Assembly: GCA_963716895.1 (NCBI GenBank) | Contig: CAVQUJ010000006.1 | Coordinates: forward strand, 175,750-239,749 | Length of the DNA: 64,000 nt | Reading direction: 5' to 3' | Origin: an uncultured delta proteobacterium | GTDB lineage: Bacteria > Myxococcota_A > UBA9160 > UBA6930 | In this document: one piece after another, positions 30,528-38,993 of the stretch | Layout of the letters: each line of letters begins with the position of its first letter | Numbering within the stretch: the first letter of the stretch is position 1 | Notes under the pieces: generated by a model | Told to the model about the DNA's origin: nothing | The model's input: only the letters and a program-made list of their open reading frames with translations | Database searches by the model: none | Program-made: the position numbers and the translations under genes

Positions 30528-31364
30528 TTAGAAGTTGTAGATCGCGCCGAGCAGCGGCCCCGACATGCTGAGGTCCACGTCGCCCCGGTCGACGTCGAGC
30601 TTGCGCCAGCCGGCGGAGAGATCCCAGTGCTCGCCGAGCTTGTACATCGCGAAGCCGGTCACGGACCAGGTCTTGTGCGACGAGCTGCCGATGTCCCAGC
30701 CGCCCCAATCGCCCGAGACGGCGACGCCGATGTTGTCGGTCAGCTGCACGCGCACGCGCGCCACGCCGAGCCAGTCGGCCCAGTTGGTGCGCGAGTCGAA
30801 GCGCCGGTGGAACGGACCGACCGGAACGCCGGGGCGGAGCTTCACGTCGAGGTGGCTGTCGAGCCAGAAGTATCGGACGCCGGGCCCGAGGTCGAGCGCG
30901 ATGCGGTGCTGGTCGCTGAACAGCGGCAGCGACGCCACCTCCCAGAACGGGCGCACCTCCCACATGATCACCTGGACCGCCCCGCGCACGCTGAAGTCGC
31001 TCGCTGCCGCCACCGGGAGCAGCGTGCCGACGGGATGCTCGCCTTCCGTGGACATCTTCATGTAGATGAGGTTGGTGACCAGTCTGAAGCGGCCGTTCCG
31101 CGCCTCGGCGGCGGCGAGGACGCCGACGTCGAGCGCGTCCCAGATGTCGTCGAAGTTCACGTTGATGTCCGCCGAGGCATTGCCGGCATCGACCGTGGCG
31201 TCGAGTCCCACGAACCAGATGTACGGCGAGAAGGCGAACTGCCAGCCGGGATCCGCCTCCGGAGCCGGCGCCTCGGCCGGAGCGCTCTCCAGCTCGTCTT
31301 CCGCGCGCGCGGGCGGGCCGAAGACGAGGATCAGCAGCGGGAGCGCGAGCGCTGCGCGAATCAT
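30528..31364 (-). CDS. outer-membrane beta-barrel protein
   Basis: 278 aa from ATG 31364. Signal peptide MIRAALALPLLILVFGPPARA, alternating aromatic beta-strand pattern, C-terminal beta-signal GAIYNF. Confidence 0.65.
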   Translation of the reverse strand: MIRAALALPLLILVFGPPARAEDELESAPAEAPAPEADPGWQFAFSPYIWFVGLDATVDAGNASADINVNFDDIWDALDVGVLAAAEARNGRFRLVTNLIYMKMSTEGEHPVGTLLPVAAASDFSVRGAVQVIMWEVRPFWEVASLPLFSDQHRIALDLGPGVRYFWLDSHLDVKLRPGVPVGPFHRRFDSRTNWADWLGVARVRVQLTDNIGVAVSGDWGGWDIGSSSHKTWSVTGFAMYKLGEHWDLSAGWRKLDVDRGDVDLSMSGPLLGAIYNF

Positions 31365-31856
31365 CTGGGTCCCTTCTCGTCGACGACCGGGATCGTGGCG
31401 GCCAGGTCGTAGCGGAGCACGGCGTCCATCTTGTTCTCGATCTGGTAGAAGCGCGCGACCGTTCGCCCGGGCAGGATCTTGGCGAACTCGCCGAGGTAGG
31501 TGCGCCGCACCTGGATGCGCTCGGCCTCGGCGGCGAGGTAGTCCTCCATGAGCTGCAGCGCCTTCTCGTTCGAGAGGTCGTGGAAGCTCGCGGTGTAGTC
31601 GTCGATGAGCGCGGCCACGCGATCGCCGATCGCGTTGATCTCGTTCTGGTAGCGCTCGTAGAGCGGCCAGAACTTGCCGGCCTCCTCCGCGCTCAGCTCG
31701 AGGTTGACCGCGACGAGCGCCTTGCGATTGGCCCGAATCGTGTCGAGCAGGACCCCCGGTCGGCTTGCGCCTCGCGGCGCCGGGTCGGCGGCCGCGGCGG
31801 CACTCGACAGGACCCCGGCCAGGACGGCGGCGAGCAAGCAGACGTGTCTTCGACAT
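31361..31856 (-). CDS. exported alpha-helical hypothetical protein; probable frame break within the first ~8 codons
   Basis: ATG 31856 has a strong RBS (AAGGGAG) and encodes MSKTRLLA. The rest (AVLAGVLSSAAAAADPAP...FWPLYERYQNEINAIGD...) is in the frame of the TTG at 31837. Stop overlaps the OMP start (ATGA). Confidence 0.55.
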
Positions 31857-31868
31857 GGCGGCTCCCTT

Positions 31869-32427
31869 CTACTTGGAGATCTTGGTGATCTTCGAGCCCT
31901 GGATGCCGATGCCGGCCATCAGCCCCTTCTGGTCGAAGATGAAGGCATAGACGTCGTGCGTGAGCGTCGTGCTGGTCAGCGACTTGCGCCGATGCCCGCG
32001 TCGACGACGACGATGCTCGGCCCGACGCCGATCTCCCAGCCGTCGCTCTTGTCGAGGTAGGCGAGCGCAGCGTCGTTCATGAAGAACAGCGCGTAGCCGA
32101 AGACCTGAAGCGCCCGCCTGCAGGCCGTAGGATGCCGCGACGGAGTTGTAGTACGCGACCGGCTTGCCGCCCTTCAGCAGCACGCCTTCGCCGATCTGCC
32201 CGCCGAACATGAAGCCGGCCTTGACGATGTTCGGGAAGACCAGCACGGCCTTGGCCTTCTCGTCGAGGAGGCGCGCCGCGGTGTTGCCCGCGACGAGGCT
32301 CTGCAGGGCGTGGGCGCCGTCGCGGTCGAGCTCCTGCTCGGCTCGCGGCCGAGGCGTGGGGCGCGTTCATCAGCGCGACGATCGCGCCGAGCAGCAGCAC
32401 GCGTCCGACTTGTCGCGAGGATGTCAT
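31869..32427 (-). pseudogene. SYLF (Ysc84/DUF500) lipid-binding domain protein, exported; 3 frame breaks (two of them compensating)
   Basis: MTSSRQVGRVLLLGAIVALMNAPHASA signal, VLVFPNIVKAGFMFGGQIGEGVLLKGGKPVAYYNSVAASYGLQAG, (other frame) VFGYALFFMNDAALAYLDKSDGWEIGVGPSIVVVDAG, then DVYAFIFDQKGLMAGIGIQGSKITKI. Confidence 0.7.
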
Positions 32428-32495
32428 CACCTTCGTTCTCCTCTCCTTCGGGTGGCAGCCCAGCGCGATCATACGCCGAGTACGGGCTCGAGGGG

Positions 32496-33416
32496 CTAGT
32501 CGAGCCGCTCCCCCGCCGCGATGCCGGCGTCGCCCGCCGCCACCTTCGCGCCCGCGCCGACGCGCAGCTTCGCGACCTCGAACGCGCCGCCGCGCGCCGC
32601 GATGCGGAGCGCGTCCTTCGAGACGGCGAGCACCGTGCCGGGCGCGGCGCCGCTCTCTTCGCGCGAAGCGAGCCGCGCGCCGAACAGCCGCACCGTCTCG
32701 CCGCGGAGGCGGGCATGCGCGCCCGGGTTCGGGTCGCAGCCGCGCACCCAGCGGTCGAGCTCGACGGCGCTCTTCGACCAGTCGAGCCGCGCCACCTCGT
32801 CGGTGACGAGGCCCTGGAAGCTCGCGCGCGCCTCGTCCTGCGGCGCGTACGTCGCGCGTCCGCTCGCGACGAGGCCGACCGCCTCCACCATCGCCTCGAC
32901 GCCGAGCGCGTAGAGCCGCTCGAAGTAGAGGCTCGCGGCCGTGTGGTGTGGCTCGATCGCCACGCCGCCCTTCTGCACGACGATCGGCCCGGTGTCCACG
33001 CCCGCGTCGGGCCGGAACACGGTGACGCCCGCCTCCGTCTCGCCGAGCAGGATCTGCCAGGCCAGCGCGTTGCCGCCGCGAAATTTCGGCAAGAGCGAGG
33101 GATGGAAGCAGAGCGAGCCGTGGCGCGGCGCGTCCACGATCTCGGCCGGCAGGATCATCGTCACGAAGGCGAGCACGTTGAGCTCGGCGCCGAGAGCGGC
33201 GTGCTCGGCCACACGCTCGGGGATCGCGGCGCCCTTCCGTCGCAGCGAGGCGTGACGGATCAGACGCAATCCGCGCTTCTCCGCCTCTTCGGCGAGCGGA
33301 TCCGGCCGCGCGCCGGCCGGCGGCGCATACACGCCCACCACTTCGTGCCCCGCCTCGAGCAGCCGCACGAGCACGTCGCGGCCGAACGGCGCCTGCCCGA
33401 AGTACGCGAGCTTCAT
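32496..33416 (-). CDS. formyltransferase family protein (Fmt/ArnA-N-like, N- and C-terminal Fmt domains)
   Basis: 306 aa from ATG 33416. MKLAYFGQAPFG, SLCFHPSLLPKFRGGNAL (HxSLLPxxRG), AGVDTGPIV. The Asn normally 2 residues before the catalytic His is Cys here. Confidence 0.8.
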   Translation of the reverse strand: MKLAYFGQAPFGRDVLVRLLEAGHEVVGVYAPPAGARPDPLAEEAEKRGLRLIRHASLRRKGAAIPERVAEHAALGAELNVLAFVTMILPAEIVDAPRHGSLCFHPSLLPKFRGGNALAWQILLGETEAGVTVFRPDAGVDTGPIVVQKGGVAIEPHHTAASLYFERLYALGVEAMVEAVGLVASGRATYAPQDEARASFQGLVTDEVARLDWSKSAVELDRWVRGCDPNPGAHARLRGETVRLFGARLASREESGAAPGTVLAVSKDALRIAARGGAFEVAKLRVGAGAKVAAGDAGIAAGERLD

Positions 33417-34072
33417 CACCTCGCTCCCGTGCGGTCGCCGACGACGCCTTGCACGCTCGCCGGCGTGCCGTAGGCGAGCGTGTGCGGCGGCACGTCGCGC
33501 GTCACCAGCGAGCGCGCGCCCACGACGGCGTGCGCGCCGATCGTCACGCCGCGCATCACCGTCACGTCCGACGCCACCCACGCGAGCTCGCCGATCCGCA
33601 CCGGCGCCACCACCTCGCGCCGCTCGCTGTCGAGATCGTGCTGGTCGGCGTCGTAGACGCGCGAGCCGGGGCCCACCATGGCGCCGCGCTCGATCACGAC
33701 CTCGCGCTTCGCGCTCACCGAGCAGCCGTTGAGCAGCGCCTGCGGGCCCACCACGAGCCGTGCGCCGGTGAACGCCGCGAGCACGATCGGGCCCACCTCG
33801 GTGCGCAGCCACGCGCCCTCCTCCACCACGATCTCGCCGCCGGCCTGCACGAGGAACGAGAGCGCACCGGGGCGCCGCTCCGTCGCCGCGCGCGCGGCGA
33901 TCGAGAGCTTGCCGCCCGGCTCGATCACGTAGCGGGCCGAGGCAAAGGCGGGCGTCGCCGTCGGGTGGATGTCGAGCCCGGGCACGAGCCAGCGCAGCCA
34001 CGCGAGCCGCAGGCGGTCCCAGCCGAAGATCGCGCGCAGCAGCAGGCGTCGCACGGACTCGCGGAGGGGCAC
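33416..34072 (-). CDS. left-handed beta-helix (hexapeptide-repeat) acyl/acetyltransferase
   Basis: Intact 218 aa. Hexapeptide-like repeats (VGPGSRVYDAD, IGELAWVASDVTVMRGVTIGAHAVVGARSLV). GTG 34072. Stop overlaps the next start by 1 nt. Confidence 0.7.
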   Translation of the reverse strand: MPLRESVRRLLLRAIFGWDRLRLAWLRWLVPGLDIHPTATPAFASARYVIEPGGKLSIAARAATERRPGALSFLVQAGGEIVVEEGAWLRTEVGPIVLAAFTGARLVVGPQALLNGCSVSAKREVVIERGAMVGPGSRVYDADQHDLDSERREVVAPVRIGELAWVASDVTVMRGVTIGAHAVVGARSLVTRDVPPHTLAYGTPASVQGVVGDRTGAR

Positions 34073-34076
34073 GGCC

Positions 34077-34320
34077 CTACTCCTCGACCGGGCCCTCGCC
34101 CTCGCGCAGACGGAAGGTGATGAAGCCGTGGGACGGGTCGTACGGCGAGAGACCGACTTGCACGCGGTCGCCCGGGAATCACGCGGATGCGGAAGCGACG
34201 CATGCGACCGGAGAGCTGCGCGGTCACCGTCTGGCCTCCGTCGAGCGCGATCTGGTAGCGGCCTCCACCGAGAATCTTCTCGACGGCGCCGGTCGCCTGG
34301 ATCAGATCGTCACGTGCCAG
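34077..34320 (-). pseudogene. infA: translation initiation factor IF-1 with one frame break (~34171-34173) and an apparent CTG start
   Basis: (L)ARDDLIQATGAVEKILGGGRYQIALDGGQTVTAQLSGRMRRFRIRVIPG then, after removing one G of CCCGGGCGAC, DRVQVGLSPYDPSHGFITFRLREGEGPVEE-stop (TAG 34077-34079). It aligns residue for residue with E. coli IF-1 (MAKEDNIEMQGTV...). GGAGGAG lies 5 nt upstream of the CTG. Confidence 0.8.
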
Positions 34321-34427
34321 AGGGACTCCTCCGAAAAGCCGGCGCAAGCTAGCGCTCGGCCTCGGGGAAGCCAACCAGCGCGCCGCACCTGTCATTCCGC
34401 GCCGCGGGCGAAGTAGAATGCCTTGCG

Positions 34428-35498
34428 ATGAAGCCGGTCCCCCTGATCCGTGCCGGCGTGCTCGCGCCGCTGTTCGAGTTCCTCGAGCGCAGCGGCGCGC
34501 CGTTGGATGCCGAGCTCGAGCTCGCGCGCTCGCGCCTCCGGCATCCGCTCTCGCTGATTCCGCTGACGGTGGGCGGAGCGATCTGGGCGGCCGCCGCGCG
34601 GGCCACCCGCTCGGACGATCTCGGGCTGCGGGTCGGTGCCGCCGCGCACGTGGAAGACGCGGGCGCGCTGGGCGCGCTCGTGCGCGAAGCGCCGTCCGTC
34701 GGCGCCGCTCTCGAGACGGCCGTCCGCCGCGTCGAACACTTCAACTCGGGCGAGCGCTACTGGGTGACGCGGCAGGGCGACGAGGTTCGGCTGCACCAGC
34801 GCTTCTCGCCGGCGCTGCGCGAAGGGCGGCGGCAGGCCAGCGAGTTCGTGCTGATGCTCTGGCTCGGGGTGATCCGTCTCGCGGCCGGCGCGGACTGGCG
34901 ACCGGCGGTGATCCACATGGAAGGCGCGCCGCCGCGCCATCGCCAGGCGCTCGCGGCGCTCGCGAAGGGCGGCGTGCGTTTCGGGCAGCCGGACATGGCG
35001 CTCGCCTTCCCGCGCGCCGTCCTCGCGCTGCCGCTGCCCGCGCTGCCGGCCGCTCGAACGACGGCGCGTGAGGCCGACGTCGCGGCCGCGCTGGCGTCGT
35101 TTCCGGAGCCCGACTTCGCCGGCTCGGCGCGCCAGGCGGTGGCGTCGCTGCTGCGGCTCGGCTCGCCCGACATTGCGGCGACGGCCCGCGCCGCCGGCAC
35201 GAGTGTGCGCTCGCTCCAGCGCCACCTCGCCGAGGCGCACCTCAGCTTCGTGCAGCTCCTCGAAGAGGCGCGCTGCAACGCCGCGCGGCGCATGCTCCGC
35301 GACCCGTGCACGAAGATCATCGAGATCTCGGCCGAGCTCGGCTACTCGGACTCCGCCAACTTCACGCGCGCCTTCCGGCGCTGGACCGGGCTGTCGCCGC
35401 GCGCGTACCGCCGCTCAGTAGTAGGCCGCGAGCTGGCTCACGAGATCGGCCACCTTCGCCCAGGTGCTGTTGGTGAGCTCGCCGAACGGGGCTTCTGA
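34428..35498 (+). CDS. AraC-family transcriptional regulator (OruR/ArgR-like with N-terminal arabinose-binding-like domain)
   Basis: Intact ORF. C-terminal dual HTH IAATARAAGTSVRSLQRHL and IIEISAELGYSDSANFTRAFRRWTGLSPRAYRR. The last ~27 codons run antisense into the next gene, so the true stop may be near 35419-35424 (TAGTAG in the +1 frame). Confidence 0.8.
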   Translation: MKPVPLIRAGVLAPLFEFLERSGAPLDAELELARSRLRHPLSLIPLTVGGAIWAAAARATRSDDLGLRVGAAAHVEDAGALGALVREAPSVGAALETAVRRVEHFNSGERYWVTRQGDEVRLHQRFSPALREGRRQASEFVLMLWLGVIRLAAGADWRPAVIHMEGAPPRHRQALAALAKGGVRFGQPDMALAFPRAVLALPLPALPAARTTAREADVAAALASFPEPDFAGSARQAVASLLRLGSPDIAATARAAGTSVRSLQRHLAEAHLSFVQLLEEARCNAARRMLRDPCTKIIEISAELGYSDSANFTRAFRRWTGLSPRAYRRSVVGRELAHEIGHLRPGAVGELAERGF

Positions 35499-35825
35499 CT
35501 GGAGCTCCACGGTGTCGTCCGTGACCTCTTTGAGCCCCCGGTAGAAGTCCTTGGTCTTGTCCTTGCCGTCGCCCTTCGCGAGGTGCGCCGCGAGCATCTG
35601 GCTCTGCTCGCTCACGGTGCGCGCGTTCTGCTGCAGACGCTGCGCCGCCTCGGGCTCGCGGAGGACGGCCGCCTGGAACGCCCGGCCCGCGTCCGCGAGC
35701 TGCTGCGCGAGGCCCGTCACCTTCGCCTGATCCCACGCCGCGGGTGCGCTCGCGGCGGGCAGAGCGAGACCGACTGCGAGAGCGACGACGAGCATGAGCC
35801 ACGAAGACTTCGACACGAACGTCAT
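35415..35825 (-). CDS. small exported alpha-helical protein (136 aa)
   Basis: ATG 35825 after GAGGAGG. Signal peptide MTFVSKSSWLMLVVALAVGLALPAASA. Helical, Gln/Ala-rich mature part. Confidence 0.6.
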   Translation of the reverse strand: MTFVSKSSWLMLVVALAVGLALPAASAPAAWDQAKVTGLAQQLADAGRAFQAAVLREPEAAQRLQQNARTVSEQSQMLAAHLAKGDGKDKTKDFYRGLKEVTDDTVELQSEAPFGELTNSTWAKVADLVSQLAAYY

Positions 35826-35842
35826 GGACGCCTCCTCTTGGA

Positions 35843-36352
35843 CTAGAACTTCGACTTGATGCGCTCCCAGACCGACGCCTTGGGTGCGATCTTGCATTCC
35901 TCGACGAGGACGGCGACGTCGTGTTCGACGTCCACCTCGTCGGCCCCATCGACCTGCGTGCCGTGGTAGCCGGCGAGCCAGTATGCAACCTCGCCCTGCA
36001 CGTTGCTCGTGTAGGTGAGGAACTCCTCGCAGTTCATCTTCACGGCCTTCACCTTGCGCTTCCCGCCCGGCAGATGCGCGCGGATCCTGTCCCAGAGCGT
36101 GACCTTCGGGGTCTGCTTGCAGTCGATCACGATCGCGTCCACGTCGCGCTCGACGTCCACCTCGGCCACGTCGCCGATGGGCTTGCCGCGCTTCGAGTAG
36201 CCGTCGAGCCACGCCGCCTCGCGCAGCTGGGTGGTCGTCGAGTGAGCAGCGAACTCCTCGCAGGTCATCTTCGGGACGTTGCGTTTCGCCGCACCCGCGG
36301 CCGACGCCGTGACGAACAGAAGAGCCGCGCCGCAGAGAACGATCCGATTCAT
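35843..36352 (-). CDS. exported protein with two tandem HdeA/HdeB-like domains
   Basis: Intact 169 aa. Signal MNRIVLCGAALLFVTASAAGA, then two repeats each starting M(T/N)CEEF and ending with a second Cys (IVIDCKQTPKVTLWDRI / LVEECKIAPKASVWERI). Compare E. coli HdeA WTCEDFL...IVQACTQDK. Confidence 0.55.
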   Translation of the reverse strand: MNRIVLCGAALLFVTASAAGAAKRNVPKMTCEEFAAHSTTTQLREAAWLDGYSKRGKPIGDVAEVDVERDVDAIVIDCKQTPKVTLWDRIRAHLPGGKRKVKAVKMNCEEFLTYTSNVQGEVAYWLAGYHGTQVDGADEVDVEHDVAVLVEECKIAPKASVWERIKSKF

Positions 36353-36370
36353 GCTTCCCCTGTGGTGGTG

Positions 36371-37087
36371 TCAGTTGCCCGGAACGATCCAGCCCTGACT
36401 CTCGAAGTAGCTAGCCAGCACCTTGGAGATCTTGTCCGCGGTGCGGCGCGCGTCCGCGTCGACGTCGGTGCCGAACTCCTCGGAGGCGACGGCGCCCGCG
36501 GCGCTCACGGCGGCGGACACGGCGAGGTCCCCGGCGGCGGCGCCGACGCCCATCGTCTCGGCCATGCCCGGCTTGTCGCCGCTCTTGGCGGTGATCTCGA
36601 AGGTGTCGAGCAGCCGGCTGCCGTAGGGCAGGATCTCGATGGTCTGCACGGCCGTGCGCACCTCGCTCTTGCCGGCGCCGAGCCCGATCGCGACGCGCTC
36701 CGCGCGGCTGCCTTCGTTGATCGCGAGGAACTGGCCTTCGATGACGACCCGCTTCACGCCGTCCTCGGGCAGCGGGCCGGTGGCGCGCTCCGCGGGCAGG
36801 CCCAGCTTCTGGATGTCCTTCACGAGGTTGTCGGCGAGCGCGTCGGCAACGGCGTGGCCCACCTCCCTGCGCTCCGACGACGCGCTGACCCCCTGGAGCT
36901 TCCAGGCCGCGACCGCGGTCGGGCTGTGATCGAGGCTCACGTCCTCCGGCGAGGTGGCAAAGTTGCGCACCACGACGAGCTCGGGCTTCGGCGCCTGGCC
37001 CAGGGTCACCGACTGGGAGGTGACGTTGGTGCTGGCGCAGCCGAGTGCGGCAGTGGCCAAACAGGCCACGAGAAGCTGGGTTCGCAT
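36371..37087 (-). CDS. lipoprotein (DUF4410-like, tentative)
   Basis: Intact 238 aa. Signal + lipobox MRTQLLVACLATAALGC-AS. RBS GGAGGGAG. Confidence 0.7.
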   Translation of the reverse strand: MRTQLLVACLATAALGCASTNVTSQSVTLGQAPKPELVVVRNFATSPEDVSLDHSPTAVAAWKLQGVSASSERREVGHAVADALADNLVKDIQKLGLPAERATGPLPEDGVKRVVIEGQFLAINEGSRAERVAIGLGAGKSEVRTAVQTIEILPYGSRLLDTFEITAKSGDKPGMAETMGVGAAAGDLAVSAAVSAAGAVASEEFGTDVDADARRTADKISKVLASYFESQGWIVPGN

Positions 37088-37180
37088 CGGGATCTCCCTC
37101 CGATTCGGGCCCTACTTCGTAGTCGAGGTCCGGCGGCGCCTCCTGTCATCCTGCGCCAAACCCCGCGCTACAGATCCTGC

Positions 37181-38087
37181 ATGAGCCGCCCCATCCTCGC
37201 GCTCGCGCTGCTCGCGGGTCTCGGAATCGCGGCGGAAGCCCGCGCCGAATCTCTCGACGAGGTCAACAAGAAGCTCACGAATCCGGTGAGCGACCTCTGG
37301 TCGATCGTCTTCCAGGACAACAACTTCCGGGTGGATCCGGGCAAGGGCGAAGACGACCGCTGGAGCACGAACCTGCTGTTCCAGCCCGTGCTGCCGATCG
37401 CGATCAGCGAGAACTGGAATCTCGTCACCCGCCCCGTGGTGCCGCTCTTCGTCTCGACGCCGCGGCCGGATCCCGAGCCGGGCGATCCGACGAACATCGG
37501 CCGCTCGACGAACTTCGGCGACATCACGCTGATGCAGCTGGTCTCGCCGAACCCGAAGCTCTCGGGCGACTGGCTGCTCGGGCTCGGCCCGACCTGGATC
37601 TTCCCGAGCGGCGGGCTCGGACGACTTCGTGAGTCAGGGCAAGTACCAGGTCGGACCCGCGGCCCTCGTCGGCTACCTGTCCGACAAATGGATCCTCGGC
37701 GGCCTCTATCAGAGCTGGTGGTCGTTCTCGGGCTCCGGCCAGCGGCCGCCGACGGCGCAGCTGAACTTCCAGCCCATCGCAGCGTACTTCCTGCCGGACG
37801 GCTGGAGCATCGGCTACTCCGGAAACGTCCTCGCCAACTGGAAGAACAAGCACGGCAGCGACTGGACCGTCCCGCTCGGCGTGGGCGTCGGCAAGGTCGT
37901 GAAGCTCGGCGGCAAGCTGCCGGTGAAGTTCGGCTTCAACGTGCAGTGGATGCCCGTGCGGCCCGATCTCTACGGCCAGCGCTGGAATCTCCAGCTCGTC
38001 GTGACGCCGGTGCTCCCGAAGCTGATCCGGGGGAACCTCGTCGAGCCGAGCAAGCTGGAGTTCGGCCTGCCGCCGAAGGCGCCCTAG
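37181..38087 (+). pseudogene. outer-membrane beta-barrel protein (MetA/phenol-degradation-like transporter family, tentative), one frame break near 37615
   Basis: Signal MSRPILALALLAGLGIAAEARA, NKKLTNPVSDLWSIVFQDNNF, FGDITLMQLVSP, then in the next frame GKYQVGPAALVGYLSDKWILGGLYQSWWSF...VKFGFNVQWMP. Confidence 0.55.
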
Positions 38088-38983
38088 AGCGCCGCCTCGA
38101 TCTCGCGCAGCTTGTCCGTGACGAGCTTCGCGTTCGTCGGGCCCATGCGGAGCAGCTGCTTCTGCGCGTCGGCGAGGCTCTCGAGGTTCGGATCCGCGAA
38201 CTCGTAGCGCTTCACCTGCGCCACGAGCGGAGGCGAGTCGTCGGTGCGCGGCGTCGCCACGAGCAGCGCGAGCGCGGCGCGGAGGCGCTGCTCGAAGCCG
38301 CCCTCCGGATAGCCGAGCGCGCGGTAGCTCTCTTCGCAGAGCGGCGCGAGGCGGCGGTAGGCCGCCGCCGCCGCCTTCGCATCGACGCTCGCCACCGCCC
38401 GCGCGAGCGCGTCGTAGCGGTGGTACGAGGCGGGATCGAGCCGCAGGTCCGGCTCGCGCCCGAGCACGAGGAAGCGACCGGACGGGCGCAGGAAGTCGAG
38501 ATCGCGGCGCGGCGCCTTGCCCTCCGCGAGCTGATCGACCGCCGCGACGAAGCGATCGATCACGCCGGATTCCTTCAGCGCGGCCGCCAGCAGGGGAGCG
38601 CTCGACACGCCGGCCGCGAGCTTGCGCGCGAGCGGGTCGCTCTCCGCCAGCGCCGGCAAGGGCTCCGCCGGCGTCGCCGGCGGCACGGGCTCGGCCGCGG
38701 CGCTCGGCGGCGGCGCGGGCCCCGGCTCCGCGCTCCCGAGCGGCGGCGGCGCGGGCAGCGGCGTCTCGGCGGGCGCCGGCGCCGGCTCGAGGACGCGCTC
38801 GTGCAGGCGGCTCCACCCGTACGCCGCGAGCGCCGCCACGAGCAGCACGAGCAGCGCGATCGGCCAACGCCGCCGCGGCCGCGGCGCGCGCAGCAGCCGC
38901 GCGCCGCCACCCCCGCTGCCGGGCCTCCCTTTCTCGACGAGCGACATGCGAAGTCTGACGCCGCCAGCGGCCGCGCCGTTCAC
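38084..38983 (-). CDS. membrane-anchored protein, DUF3014-like (tentative)
   Basis: Intact. One TM (WPIALLVLLVAALAAYGW), Pro/Ala-rich linker, conserved C-terminal domain ending KQLLRMGPTNAKLVTDKLREIEAAL. Start is GTG 38983 or ATG 38947. Stop shares CTAG 38084-38087 with the porin gene. Confidence 0.5.
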   Translation of the reverse strand: MNGAAAGGVRLRMSLVEKGRPGSGGGGARLLRAPRPRRRWPIALLVLLVAALAAYGWSRLHERVLEPAPAPAETPLPAPPPLGSAEPGPAPPPSAAAEPVPPATPAEPLPALAESDPLARKLAAGVSSAPLLAAALKESGVIDRFVAAVDQLAEGKAPRRDLDFLRPSGRFLVLGREPDLRLDPASYHRYDALARAVASVDAKAAAAAYRRLAPLCEESYRALGYPEGGFEQRLRAALALLVATPRTDDSPPLVAQVKRYEFADPNLESLADAQKQLLRMGPTNAKLVTDKLREIEAAL

Positions 38984-38993
38984 TCCTCGCTTG

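Noticed and set aside
30528-31856. 442-aa ORF apparently fusing the OMP with an upstream region
   Set aside because: The OMP has its own ATG (31364), signal peptide and ATGA coupling. The upstream part of this ORF is the wrong frame of gene 31361-31856, except for its first 8 codons.
35415-35498. 84-nt antisense overlap between the AraC gene and the convergent small exported-protein gene, taken as a genuine long overlap
   Set aside because: AraC proteins normally end a few residues after the ...SPRAYRR motif, and a TAGTAG double stop lies in the +1 frame at 35419-35424. Given the indel frequency in this window, a missed stop is more likely than a real 27-residue antisense-encoded tail.
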